In this document: piece by piece, positions 12,105 through 24,639 of the stretch
Position numbering within the stretch: position 1 is the stretch's first letter
Layout of the letters: every line of letters begins with the position of its first letter
DNA from: Haliotis rubra
Taxonomy: Eukaryota
Assembly: GCF_003918875.1 (NCBI RefSeq)
Contig: NW_025767123.1
Coordinates: forward strand, 868,001 to 932,000
Length of the DNA: 64,000 bases
Reading direction: 5' to 3'
The notes under the pieces: generated by a model
Told to the model about the DNA's origin: nothing
Seen by the model: only the letters and a program-made list of their open reading frames with translations
The model's database searches: none
Program-made: the position numbers and the translations under genes

Positions 12105-13518
12105 ATGTACCGTGCATGTGTAGCGGATATGTCGTGAAGGTTGGCAGTACCGTGCAAGTACCTAGCAAGTATAACCGAATGTGTGGTGAAGGTTATGTGC
12201 AATGCACGTGCATGGTCCCGAAGGTGCATCGTGAAGGTTATGTGCAAGTACCGTGCATGTATAGTGACAATGTCGTGAAGGTTATGTGCATGTACCGTGC
12301 ATGTATAGTGAATGTGTCGGTTATGTGCCTGAAGGTTATAGCGCATGCAAGGGTGCGTGCAAGTACCGCATCGTGAAGGTTATGAAGGTTATGCAAGTAC
12401 CGTGCATGTATAGCGTCGTGAAGGTTATGTGCAAGTACCGTGCATGTCTTGAAGGTTATGTGCCAGTACCGTGCATGTATAGCGGATGTGTCGTGAAGGT
12501 TATGTGCAAGTACCGTGCATGTATAGTGAATGTGTCGTGAAGGTTATGTGCCAGTACCGTACATGTATAGTGAATGTGTCGTGAAGGTAATGTGCAAGTA
12601 CCGTGCATGAGGTCGTGCAAGATTGTATATGTGCAAGTTACCGTGCATAGGTCGTGAAGATTATGTGCAAGTACCGTGCATATATGTCGAATGTTATGCG
12701 CAAAGTGAAGGCATGTTAAGTGATGTGCGTGAAGGTTATGCGTAACCGTGCATGTATAGGAATGTGTCCGGAATGTGTCGTGAAGGTTATGTGCAAGTAC
12801 CGTGCATGTATAGTGTGTCGTGAAGGTTATGTGCAAGTACCGTGCAGGTATAGTGTTGTGATCGTGAAGGCGTGCAAGCACCGTGTGCAAGTACCGTGCA
12901 TGTATAGTGAATGTGTGTTATGCATAGTGAAGGTTATGTATGCATGTGTCGTGAAGGTACCCGTGCAAGTACCGTATAGTGTGATGTGTCGTGAAGGTTA
13001 TGTGCAAGTACCGTGTATATAGTGTTATGTGTAGTGATGTGTCGTGAAGGTTATGTGCAAGTATGTGCGTGCAGGTTATGTACCGTGCAAGTGAAAGTTA
13101 TGTGCAAGGTATAGTGCAAGTACCGTGCATGTATAGTATGTCGTGAAGGTTATGTGCAAGTACCGTGCATGTATAGTGGATGTGTCGTGCAGGTTATGTG
13201 TAAGTACCGTGCCTGTATAGTGAATGTGTCGTGAAGGTTATGTGCAAGTACCGTCCAGGTATAGTGAAGAGTGAAGGTTGTGCAAGCAAGTACCGTGCAT
13301 GTATAGTGGATGTGTCGTGAAGGTTATGTGCAAGTACCGTGCAGGTATAGTGAATGTGTCGTGAAGGTTATGTGCAAGTACCGTGTACGTATTGTCGATG
13401 TCGTGAAGGTTATGTGCAAGTACCGTGCATGTATAGTGAATGTGTCGTGAAGGTTATGTGCAAGTACCGTGCATGTATAGCGCATGTGTCGTGAAGGTTA
13501 TGTGCAAGTACCGTGCAT
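12105..13518. repeat. 44-bp minisatellite, long array downstream of C1
   Basis: Tandem 44-bp units with ~33-bp variants. The middle of the array is irregular. Confidence 0.93.
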
Positions 13519-13557
13519 ATTGTTTATGCCTACTGACATTTTAAGGGAGTTTGAGTA

Positions 13558-16500
13558 TTAGGCAGGATTTATGAACATATAGATGCTTTTACATTCGTGA
13601 GCGGTACCATCGTCAAGAACCCAGTAAATGTCATATTGTTGGTGAGGATTCGTCTGGCAGACATCTAGCCTGTTCCACCAGGCTCCACGATGCCACTCGG
13701 CACAAGGGTTGACTGAGTTGTTGCAGTGATCCTTGGCACAGAAGTGACTCCCATTCAGGGTTGTAGCTGGGTCCCCAGGTTGAAGCGGTCTCCGAAAACG
13801 CCATCCCCAGTGAACCCCGACACCGACAGCCGATACTCCGAGGCCTCGTCACCCACGGAGAAGGCGTTGTAAGATACTTGTCCGGGAGTGCTGTCAAACT
13901 TCTTCAAGGACATATGTAGAGCGTGTAAGGTCGGACACTGGTCAGAGCATACATCTTCTCCAGACCCAGCCACATGTAACAGTTGGAGTGGGTGAAACCA
14001 GACTTGTAGTCGGCCCAGGGAACGTCGAGGTACGTCACGGGCGCCGCCTCACAGCCACTGATGGTTTTGTCCCTGAACATGATCATGGTGGTGACTCCTT
14101 GACATTCCAAGTCAAACGGTTGTGCGGAGTTGGTCGGCCAGACAGTGTAGGTGCCAGTAGAGTTACCAACGTACAGGGACACGTCTGTACAGTCTGAAAC
14201 AGTGACATGATGACTGTCAAACACAGGTAAATGATGGACAATGATGGACAAAACCAATGAAGGAATCAACCAAGAACGCCAATGAGTTGGACAACCCATC
14301 TTTGAACAGTATTCGAATTGGTTAGAAATAGAGACTCTGTTATAACTGAACTGTGATTCACAATACGAAGTAAGAGAGTCAACTCGTTTTAAACAGCATT
14401 TCAACTACAGCACTGTCTGTCAGCTTGACCACGTGACACGTTGGTGAAACCCATGAGTTCGGTTGGTGCCGACTGACCTGGAAGCATGTACAGTGACAAC
14501 CTGAGGTTCGAACCCACCATCACTGGTGTCCCTCGCGCCTAACTGACGCAACTTCTATATGGCGGTACTGATGGAAGGTGATATTCTTAAAGGTCACATG
14601 CAACCGGAAAACATAATGAAAACACAATTATCACTTATTCATGACATATAATATACATTGCTGATTGTGTGAAAAACCAAATAAACAAAATTATAAGCGT
14701 ACAATCGCAAATCAAAAGTGTAATATTTTGTACTTGGGTTTACTTCCCTCGAAACGAAGCACCCGGGAGACCGAACCCAGTCAGAGCGAGTGGGCGTGCA
14801 CTCAAGTTTAACGAAGTCTCTCATTGGCTGGTTCATTTGTCAATACCCTGAGGGCTCATTGTGTGTGTGTATATATATAGAGATGATCTGTTTGATTGGC
14901 ATTTTAGAAGTATGGTGAGTAATAAGAAAGTAAGAGTGACAACGGTATAAGAATCCATACCGAAACGTCGCATCATATACAATAAAAGAAGTTGTTATCC
15001 ATATGGAATGTGTATAGAGATGTTGGGTTTTGTAAATATATGCTCTCTGCATTTGCGTTCGATCCAATCAACAAATGCTGAGATGGTGAACTACTGCGTG
15101 GCTGGAAACTGTAGTTCGTCTAAGCAGGGATAATCTACAACATATAGTCTTCCTGGTCAAAATACAAAGCAGGACTTGAAACTGACAATCTGAGTTTGCA
15201 CCGGTTTCCAACCGATCAGTCATCCGAGAAAAATGGATGCAGTTTTTTGCAACCCACAGACATCATAACATGTCATGTGTACCTATCTGTGTAATTACAT
15301 AATGTGACAGAGACAGAACTCAGGTGCAAGAGCCATCAATCAATGTATTTTGTTTATGGTGTATAGCCTGATAGGTGTTAAGTTCAAATTGAATGTGGTC
15401 AATGATTGAAGTTGTGTATTGCATATTGTCATTAGCAGACAGGCAGGCAGACACATAGGTGTCAATAAAACAGACATTGAGTTTTTTCTGTGACAGAGAC
15501 TGCTTATCACAATCAACATATTTTTCTATGTTTCCATAGACATGTATTAAAACATTCCAGTTTCAAGCTGAGCAATTTTTAACAATGAAATTAGTATTTC
15601 TAATTCTACACTTTCTTGAAAACTTGGTTTGCAACTTATGGGACCAGTGTATTTTATTACTGCAGACCCAAGATGCTTGTAATCACAAGAAACATCTCTT
15701 GTTCTCCAACTTCGACCACAGCGATAATCCTTGCACGCATCACTTGCTGTGTTTTTACGAGTCGCCTTCCCGGTTCAAGCCGCGCAAACCTAATCACTAG
15801 GCATGCGCTATGGGCGCAGCACAGCTGTTGAAACCACTTTTCACCCCAGCGCTGGGGTGAAATTAGTGAATCGTTTGAACTACGATTTCGCGGGGTTTTT
15901 TTCATCGCGTTATTTTTCAACTTTATAAGTTGAATTTGCATTTTTGATAATTTGTTACTGTAAGTCCATACCGAAAGGTATCAGAATCTGCAAAGTTGTG
16001 TTTTGCGTTGCATGTGACCTTTAACAGGAATTCTTTAGGAATTCGTCTTTTGCTTCCTTGCAGAGATCTTCACGATTGGTGAGTCCGGTTACATATACAA
16101 ATGAAACTTCTGGGAAATGACCCTTACACAAACAGGATCACATAAACATGTCATGATGCCAAAATATTCCATATCTGTAACTGAAGGTTTACCTTCTATC
16201 CTTGTCTCACAGTTCCCTCCTGTGAAGGCAGGTGGACACTGACAGGCAGCACCAAGAAAGCTTCCACCATTCTGGCATGATGACGAGGTCTAAAACAAAA
16301 CAGAGGTTGTTGTTTTTTCTCACATTTATACCAAGGAGGGCCACACCAGATGTTTGCACGGTGAAAGACCAAGGTAAGAAACATCACAACTGGCCAGTAT
16401 CTTCAAAATGCGATTTCAAAAATACTTCTTTCTTATCTCAAAGAAGAAATTGTTCTTGTACCTATAATGGTACGTGCAACCTATCCTCAAAGTATTCGTT

Positions 16501-17378
16501 GTGTCCTGTTTAAGAAAAGTGTCACAAGGCCTGAGCATTTACGCAAAAGAATTCAATCAAGGCAAAATGGATTTTCAACCTAACAAGTGTTGGGGTAGCC
16601 TTGTGGTTACAGTGCTCACTTGGTATGCCGAAAAGATACGGAATCGACTCCCCTTATGTATATATTGTCTGAAGGCCATTTCTAGTATTCCCCAAAGTCA
16701 CATTCCTTAATTGCTAAAGGTGGTGTAAAACCATACTCACTTGCCCATTTTAACATTATCCAAAATGCAACGACGAAGAATACTACACATTTCTGGATTT
16801 ACAGGTTTTATATACAGTTGTTGTGTCCAACTTGTGGGAGAAGCACATTCCACACGCTCAGTTTGACAGAGTAGAAATCATGATGAGTTATTGATGGTGA
16901 TTTCGGCACATTCAAGTAGGACACGATTTTCGACTGTTCTAATTGCTCAATATCGTCCAGTCACGATATAGCTGAAACCAGTCATTGTATCTTTCATATT
17001 TAATTCTTTAATATCTTTAATTGATTTACAATTATCTCCCCTGAATATATTCAAATTTGAACTCACCTGACTGGAGGTCGTGACCTCTAAGAATGCCTTG
17101 CAGGTCGGGTAGGGGACGCTGACAGGAACGGAAGGCTGATCCGATGTCAACATGGAGCATCTGTTGTCGATGTTGCAGTAGATGAAACCGGTGCAGTTGG
17201 CGACGCCGTTGCATGTGATGGCACACTGAAGAACCGTCGCCGTCTGTACGTAGTCGAAAACCATTGCTGCGTCAACACCTGTCTGTACCTCCTGGTAAAA
17301 ACTCGAAACGGTACATTGTGCACAAAGGATTGCAGTCAATCCTGCAAAACCAGTAAGTAAAAGGTGATACGATTTCAT
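13558..17378 (-). pseudogene. PAN/apple-EGF-FReD gene copy C1 with two frameshifts in exon 3
   Basis: Exons 17378-17067, 16289-16193 (TSSSCQNGGSFLGAACQCPPAFTGGNCETRIE) and 14193-13558 (636 nt vs 635). Versus copy C2 there is a +2 nt insertion at ~13912 and a -1 nt deletion at ~13776. These could be consensus errors. Confidence 0.72.
14591..16020 (+). mobile_element. Non-autonomous Kolobok-like DNA transposon in intron 2 of C1
   Basis: TTAA duplication, TIR AGGTCACATGCAAC. B genes show the empty site ATTCTTAACAGGAATTC. Internal THAP-like remnant MVNYCVAGNCSS at 15083. Confidence 0.8.
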
Positions 17379-18384
17379 AATTTCCTTCGTGAGATACTTA
17401 TAGAAGTCTTTCAGTCCGAGCTACTTTCCTTCGACTGTCTCAGTGTGATGCGTGACAGAACTTCTAACTCTGGTTCCTCTACGCGGCCTGCGTTACCATG
17501 ACTACATGATACATCTCACTACATGGCGAGGGTTGCATCATGGGTATTATTTCTCCTCAGTTGAACGAACAACCCACATAACAAATCGTATTCTACTTAA
17601 AATAAGTTAAGGATCAACCAGAACCTCTCCTGTTCAATAGTTGATCTGGTACGTCATTGACTTCAGTGATATGATGGAACCGGATTGTAAACCTGTTTTG
17701 AGCGGTATAGAGTTAATTATGTGGATTTGCGTTACATTGCATATTGACGCATGTTCATTATCTTCCCATTTGCCATTAAATATGTAATACTTTCCGTTCT
17801 TACAGAATAATTTTATTGTCCTTTCATGTCATTAAGAGCTATAACGACTGGTGTTCTAGTTTGATTTGGGTATGCACAACGTGAGATTACCTTTACCGTA
17901 TTTCCTCAACCAAACTTTGGGATCCAGATTAAACGCAACGTAATGTTTCTGCACAGAGTTCCAACAATATTATCTTTGCCATTGAACGCCTACAGTCTCG
18001 ATTAAGTACTGGGACGAAACTGGATTAAAAGAATTCCCCCCAAAATTCCCGAGATTTTATTATTCTTGCAATGGCTCCTAGAGTTGATCGAGGCAATTCG
18101 GTAGCATTCCATTTATCAATGAATATTTGTAACCTCAGCTAATGAAACCGTTAGTGTACGTCCTCAAACATACTGAGAGTCCGTGTATGACACAACTACT
18201 TCAAGAAAAAGATTAAGTAATTGTGACTGAATTTGAGGAAGTTTCTCTTTGTTTCAAAATCAGCAACGACTGCTTAATGTATGTACATCATAATGAAATT
18301 ACACCAATACAAAAATCCAGTTTCGGGATAATGATGTGTCAATTTGTAACTTCAAACTCTACAACTCAACAAGAACGGTATCTA

Positions 18385-19875
18385 TACTAGGCACATAAAG
18401 AAACTGGGCATACAAAAATTTAAAATCTACAGTTATCAAACCTGTGTAGACACATAAGGATTTAAACTCAGAGATTAGTGACATGTATCCAACATGCATG
18501 CACGTGCCACGTTCCGTGACGTCAGTGGGTTCGTCCTTGAGACGTGCAATACGTTGTTGCACGTGCATTCCTGGAAAGAGAAACAGAGCAAATGAATGCC
18601 ACACAATACTGTCACTTTGGAAAGCTCAACCCTTGCCCTTGCGAGCGTTCAAAAAATTAAACGGCTATTGAAACGCATAGCATGCCAAGGCTCACGTCTG
18701 CACAACGTCATGAGGCCATTGGGATGGTCCGTGGGGGGAATGTCTCAACGACAAGTGGCTGCACATTTCCACTGCCACCGGAACATCATTTCTGCACTGG
18801 TGAGACGCTACCAGAACACAAATGACGTCATCGATCGGCCACGTTCTGGACATCCACGTGTAACAACGCCAAGACAGGACAGATGGATAAGGGTGACCCA
18901 TCTTCGCCACAGGTTTCAGACTGCAGTGATGACTGCCCGAACCATCCCAGGACTTCGCCGTATCCACCCCAACACAGTCCGACAACGTTTACGTCATCAC
19001 GGGATCAGACCACGACGTCCTGCCATACGGCCTATCCTGACACAACGTCATCGACAAGCTCGCCGAATGTGCTGTCGAAATCATGTCCGCAGACCCTTGT
19101 TTTGGTGGAGAAATGTTGTTTTTACAGATGAGTCCAGGTTTCACATTTCCCATAGTGATGGACGTCAACGTGCCTATAGACGCGTGGGAGAACGTTATGC
19201 ACAGGCCTGTGTCTTGGAGAGGAATCGCTTTGGTGGTGGTTCCGTGATGATTTGGGGTGGAAAAACAGCACGCCAAAGAACTCCTTTGGTGATTGTTCAG
19301 GGCAACTTAACTGGTGTGGGCTACAGGGATCAGATTCTTCGACCTGTGGCAATTCCTTTTCTGCAACGTCATGGTCCTGGGTTAACATTCCAACAGGACA
19401 ATGCCCGCCCTCATACGGCAAGGGTTGCTATGGATTTCTTGCAACACCACAACGTTGACTTACTGCCTTGGCCTGCAAATTCACCGGATCTCTCCCCGAT
19501 AGAGCATGTTTGGGACGAGATGGATCGACGTCTACGCCGTCTTCCTCCTCCGCCAGATAACGTCCTTGACCTTGCAACAGAACTTGAGAGAATCTGGCGT
19601 GACATCCCACAAGCCTTTCTTGCACGTTTGATAGGCTCCATGCGTCGTCGATGCACTGCTGTTCTCAATGCCGATGGTGGACATACCCGTTATTGAGCTT
19701 GTGACATGGTCGTTTGACCCCTGTCCCGCTTGTGGACTCGTGACGTCGTTGTGATTGATTTTTCAATTGAAATTCTCCCGACTTGTTATGGTCTCCATTA
19801 AAGTTTATATGTACCTTTGACCTTATCAACTGGGATAATATTTTGACAGTGCACAGTTTCTTTATGTGGCTAGTA
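18385..19875 (+). mobile_element. Tc1/mariner DNA transposon (DD34E), full length
   Basis: TIRs TACTAG(G/C)CACATAAAGAAACTG(G/T)GCA with TA duplications at 18383-84 and 19876-77. Confidence 0.93.
18682..19696 (+). CDS. Tc1-like transposase (likely native start 18682, +1 frameshift in G6 run at 18733-18738)
   Basis: FTDESRF ... FQQDNARPH ... WPANSPDLSPIEH, with 34 residues between the second D and E. N-terminal HTH region with RPRSGHPR linker. Confidence 0.9.
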
Positions 19876-21354
19876 TATGCACAAGAACCGTCCTTTACGG
19901 TAAGTTCCCACCTTTATCTAACCGTAACGGTACTCAACAAGTTTCCACCCTTATCTAACGGAACATGCCATTTTCTTATGCGCATAACATTTTTATTATA
20001 CTAGTTAATTGATTTAATTGATTTTACGGTGTGTAAATATTGTTTTATTAACTTGTCTGCTATCGGACGGAAACAGAGACTGTTGACCATCGATCCGTGT
20101 TAATATCAATATCGGTATTTACTGTGGTTTTAATGTAGCGAATTATTGATTTTCCCCCTTTTATATTCATTTGTTGAGCTGGAACAAGCCGCTAATGACT
20201 TGCGAGCTATTAAGTGTTGTTATTTATATTTGATCTGTAATATGACAAACGATAAGAAAGACTGCAAGTTTCCAAGTTCATGTCCTAAAACAGAACCTGT
20301 GAATATACCTGTTATTTTATCTATCCACCGGTACCCATGCTAAGACTTGACATATTTGTGTGTACGCATGTAAGATCACATTTGTTGAGAACTAGTATTT
20401 ATAAAAATTCAAATGTACTTGTACGTAATAGACTTAATAGGAATTGAGTTTTCACATAGATATGTGCTTAATTTACGTAGATAAGCAGCTTATCTGTACC
20501 TCTGGAAATATTTCTCCAGTGATCGTGGAAAGGTTTTTTCATCAGTGTGTGTAAGAGCGTACTGGTAGATGGTATATGTCCATGTCTTCACCTATAATTT
20601 GTATACAGACGGTTCCCCAAGCCATGAAATGTCTAGTTTTACAAAAATGAGATCAGACAATCCAGTGATCAACATCATGAGCACCAATCTGCGCATTTGG
20701 GTTACAATAACACGTGTCAACCAAGTCAGCGAGCTTGACCACCCGATCCCGTGATCCCGTTAGTGCAATGGCAAGCATGTGTTGCTGAAGGTGAATAAAT
20801 GACAAAAAGCTGAAATATTACAGGACACCTCTCAGGTCAATATTGTTGAAGATTTGATTCCCATAATTATTATTACTATTTTGTATTATTAATATACGAT
20901 ATATTTATATAGCGCACATATCCACGTAACTAAAGTACTGTCGGAAATAGAAAAAAACTGTTTTTAGGCTGTTACTCTGTATCCCTAAAATTTACACAAC
21001 TGCAAATAGCATATGTCGAAATAACCCACTTCGGCCTTACTTGGCATTCAGTGGGATGCGTAATAGGATATCCGGAAAAGCATGTTTACTCGTAAAATCG
21101 GGCAAAACTTGCTGAAAACAATAGATCAGACTATAGATGGCAATTAGGTCGCTCAGCCAGGTATGACGACGGACCGTCGACTCACCTATAAAAAATGCAT
21201 ATGCTGCCTTACAGGCACAAGGGGTCATATCAAAGATATTTTGTGCTTTTTCATGTGTGCTGACTATGTCTCATCTATTGATTAACATCTTACGTGTCTT
21301 TCTTTCATAAAGTTTATGTAAAAGAGTATGATACCTGATAACCATAGAAACGCA

Positions 21355-23580
21355 TAGTATTACAAGTATGAAGAGGTGTCACAGGTCGTCAATAGGGTAA
21401 GGTGGGTGCCAACTGTTAACCATCATACGGAGTTTGTTTCTCTGAGTTGTTCAACATTAACCACAAAACCCATTAGTGAGAATTATTCTGGAGGTTAAAA
21501 TCTTTAAATTTGTAATGTTAATGTCATATTTTGTTATGCATATATTTTGTTTTGGAAATGCATTTAAAGAACACAGAAAGTATATTTACACTAAATCATT
21601 AATCGGACCACCTATGGTTAGAACTCAACAACTGTTAAAGCCCCGTTCCCTCGGACACAAGCACACACAATCATGCACACTCATTGAAGAAAAGATAGAA
21701 TGAAGACAAAAGTGTTATGTTTTGATGTCGTGCACATTCCAAATTAAGCAATGCATTTCTAAGAGCTTTCAGCATATAGATAGTTAATATTTATATTTTC
21801 ATGATAATTTATGTGAAATGAGTGTTTCATGTTACACTATAAGTCGTTGGAATTAGTGCTGTCATTGTTAAAAGAAGTTATATTTCTTTGAGCATATCTG
21901 GCTGGATACAATTATTATCTGTAAATATAATAACAGAATTAAACTTCATCAAGTTCACTCCATTCTTCAACAGAGGAGTCATCAGTGTCCAGACGAATGA
22001 CAACTGGATTAACTGTTTGCTCCTTCAAGCCATCTTTGAGCCAGTACTCTTTCTCCACCTTCTTGACATGTTCAACACATGCATGCCAGCATGCAATGTC
22101 AGTGTCACATATAGCAGTGTTGACAATGTGCTTGACATCATTCAACTTGAATCACATATTTTTCCGGACCACTGTACTTTTAAGGTCTTTCCAGATAAGT
22201 TCGATTGGGTTGAGATCACAGTGGTACGGTGGTTATCTCAAGACCTTATGGCCGTGTTGGCGTAGCATGTTGTCAATGTTATATGTGGGTGGAGGTTTGT
22301 TAGGTTTAATCAAAGAGTACAACAGTGGTTCAGTGGCCTTAATTGAAAATTGTATATTGTTATTTGTTAGCCATTGCTGCATATCTGACTTCTTTGTATT
22401 TGAAGTTGGGCACCTATTGTTTGGATCTCGAACACTGTGATAGGGAGCATTGTCCATGACAACAAGACTTTTGTAAGGCAGAGCTGGCAACAATTGTTCC
22501 TCAACACACTGTGTGAAAATCGTTGAGTTCATTTCTGTATGATAGTCCCTACCATCTGTGCTCTTTGACCGAAATACCAGATCACACCGAGGTAGGAATC
22601 CACGGTGGAACCAGCATGAAGAACGATTAAACGTTCACCTTTGCCTGTTGGTATTTTCCTACCATCATTGGGATCAGTGGGTAGCCACTGTCTGGCAGCA
22701 GTATGGTTTGCATTGACCCAGGTTTCATCCAGATATATAGGTTCGAACCCATCCTCTCTTGCCTGCTTAATTTCTCTCAGATAGTTACACCTTATTTTCA
22801 CAATATCAGATCTCTCACACATTGCAAGTTTCTGGTTTGCTACCTTCTTGTACTTGTATCCAAATTTGAGCAGTAGTTTGCTTAGCATAAACCTAGAAAC
22901 ATTAATGTCGTGATCCTCTGCAAGGATGTGTTTTAACTTTCTTGTGGACAGGTGTTCATTTCTAGCAAATAGCCGGCGAATGACATCTTTGATGACCATG
23001 ATGTCAAAAGAATCTAACTTTGGATGCCTACCTTTTTGTACAAGGTTTTGTTTCTTGGTTGTTGGTTTATTTTTCACAATTTTTAGCACGATGTTCTTTT
23101 TCATGCCAAGAGCAAAAGTTGTACGTTTCATGTAATCCGACACCTTATAAATCGGGTTGCTACGTTTGCTCTCTTTTAAAAAAAAATTAAACACATTTCT
23201 AATTAAACGTTTAGCATCATCTGAATAAGCTTTCATGGTGACAGCTAGTAGTAGTCAATGTGAATGATCCAAACGGTCTATCACTGTGCAGTGCACAGGT
23301 AACTATCATGAACTGCACGTGCATTGACCTTTATGACCCACCACTGCCGCTGTTACAGGTCATTGGCTCCCTCCCTCTGCAAGCAGTCGGCGTTCTGCTG
23401 TTTATTTTGTTGACAGTTATATAGACAGATTCTTTACTACAAATGCATAAAATCGGTGATTTACAATGTGATTAGGTTGTCTGACAAAACATCCACTTGC
23501 ACAGTTTGAGATCGATTGGATCATTGGATGAAGAGATATTTACAAAAAAATCGGGTCCACATGCATTTCATGCCAAACTA
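21355..23580 (-). mobile_element. Sailor-type transposon body
   Basis: The TIR at ~23465-23580 (...CATGCATTTCATGCCAAACTA|TA) matches the TIRs of the MITE at 42775-43241. The other TIR is eroded, though its inner part is visible in block 2 at ~63825-63861. Left boundary approximate. Confidence 0.65.
21939..23236 (-). pseudogene. Decayed IS630-Tc1-mariner transposase with long D-E spacing (Sailor/DD82E-like, here DD83E)
   Basis: YLDETWVN ... GKGERLIVLHAGS [frameshift ~22603] GFLP...DYHTEMNS ... VMDNAPYHS ... VLR*PPYHCDLNPIELIW. 83 positions between D and E, two in-frame stops. Confidence 0.85.
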
Positions 23581-24397
23581 TAGGTGGCATGACCAACCAA
23601 TCGCGAAGATCGACAGGACTGGATATTATTTGTAAATTGTTATCACATGCCGTGTACTTCCCCAGTATAATTGCCCTAAAGGATTATCTTATCTTAGCTG
23701 ATATCTCTACCCCCAGCCCGACCCTAACGATCGTCTGCGATACCCGTCCAGGTTTTGCTTTTGAGACGAACCCTCCTATCTGTTTCTTTTTATAGTGACA
23801 GTGAGACTCCATGGTAGCTACATCCTTTATAGTTTCAGCATGAAAGTTATTATTTTTACCTCAGCTATCGTTTATAATGAAGCTACGTCTAATTTCAAAA
23901 TGGGCATTTAAAAAGTGTCCTTTGTAATACAATATCGTCGCACACTAATTTGCATAAAGCCATGGTCTGTTCCAAATAAATCGTTTTGGACTTAGACAAA
24001 AATTCGCATTGCTCATTTCTGCACTAATAGCTCCTCAGTAAAGCCCTTTTTCTACGTTTCCTATGTCCCTACCACTGAGACTGTAGTTAGGCCGAACTTA
24101 GTTTAACATATATTTCACACTTGCACTTATCAACTACATAAATTGTAGAGATAAATGAGAAAATACAGTTTTTTTTCTATTTCCGACAGTACTTTTTTAC
24201 CTGCTCAAGGCCCAGGAGTGTTGATCAACGGATGTCTATTTTCTGGCATTCTTTTTGGCACCAACTCAACTCCATGGGGAATATTCAACTCATGCAGCCT
24301 GTTAGGTGCAGCGAGTTATCCCACAGCCTTATCCTCACAAGGTACCCAATTGCAGCTGGGTGAACTGGGACACATAGTCACATAGCCTTAGACTGCT

Positions 24398-24639
24398 CAG
24401 GGGAGGAAATAACTTTAAAATTGCTAGTGTACTCTGGTACAGTGGCACATGTAAAATCACTTGCCCTGATAATTTTTCCACTATACTGGCCGATTTTCTT
24501 GTTGATTTTTTTAAATAAACAACATAATTAACATTGGAGAGTCAAGTGGACACCGGTACAGTATGACATACAAATTTGCTAGCCCGACAGAAAAAAACAC
24601 TGGACTGGGGCGTCGGGCAATGGGTTATTTCCACCCCTG
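24398..24639. mobile_element. Short MITE
   Basis: TIRs CAGGGG(A/T)GGAAATAAC at both ends. TSD not clear. Confidence 0.6.

Larger units (their letters stand above)
1..21489 (+). repeat. Segmental duplication block 1 (genes A, B, C + Tc1)
   Basis: Collinear with ~41117-64000: same gene order, same Kolobok-like and Tc1 insertion sites, same LINE remnant. The window end GAATTATTCT matches 21480-21489. Confidence 0.9.
20934..24193. mobile_element. TIR element (AGTACTGTCGGAAATAGAAAAAAACTGT termini) hosting the Sailor insertion
   Basis: Near-perfect ~28-bp inverted repeats at 20934-20961 and 24165-24193. A second copy begins at 63388. Family not assignable with confidence. Confidence 0.7.

Noticed and set aside
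12095-13022. His/Thr- or Cys/Val-rich ORFs in the 44-bp arrays (also 32226-33672, 54743-55146)
   Set aside because: They are translations of a 44-bp repeat that is not a multiple of three, open on both strands with no conserved frame.
18028-18052. NF-kB-like sites upstream of C1
   Set aside because: Imperfect matches and not conserved at the homologous C2 position (~60395-60420).
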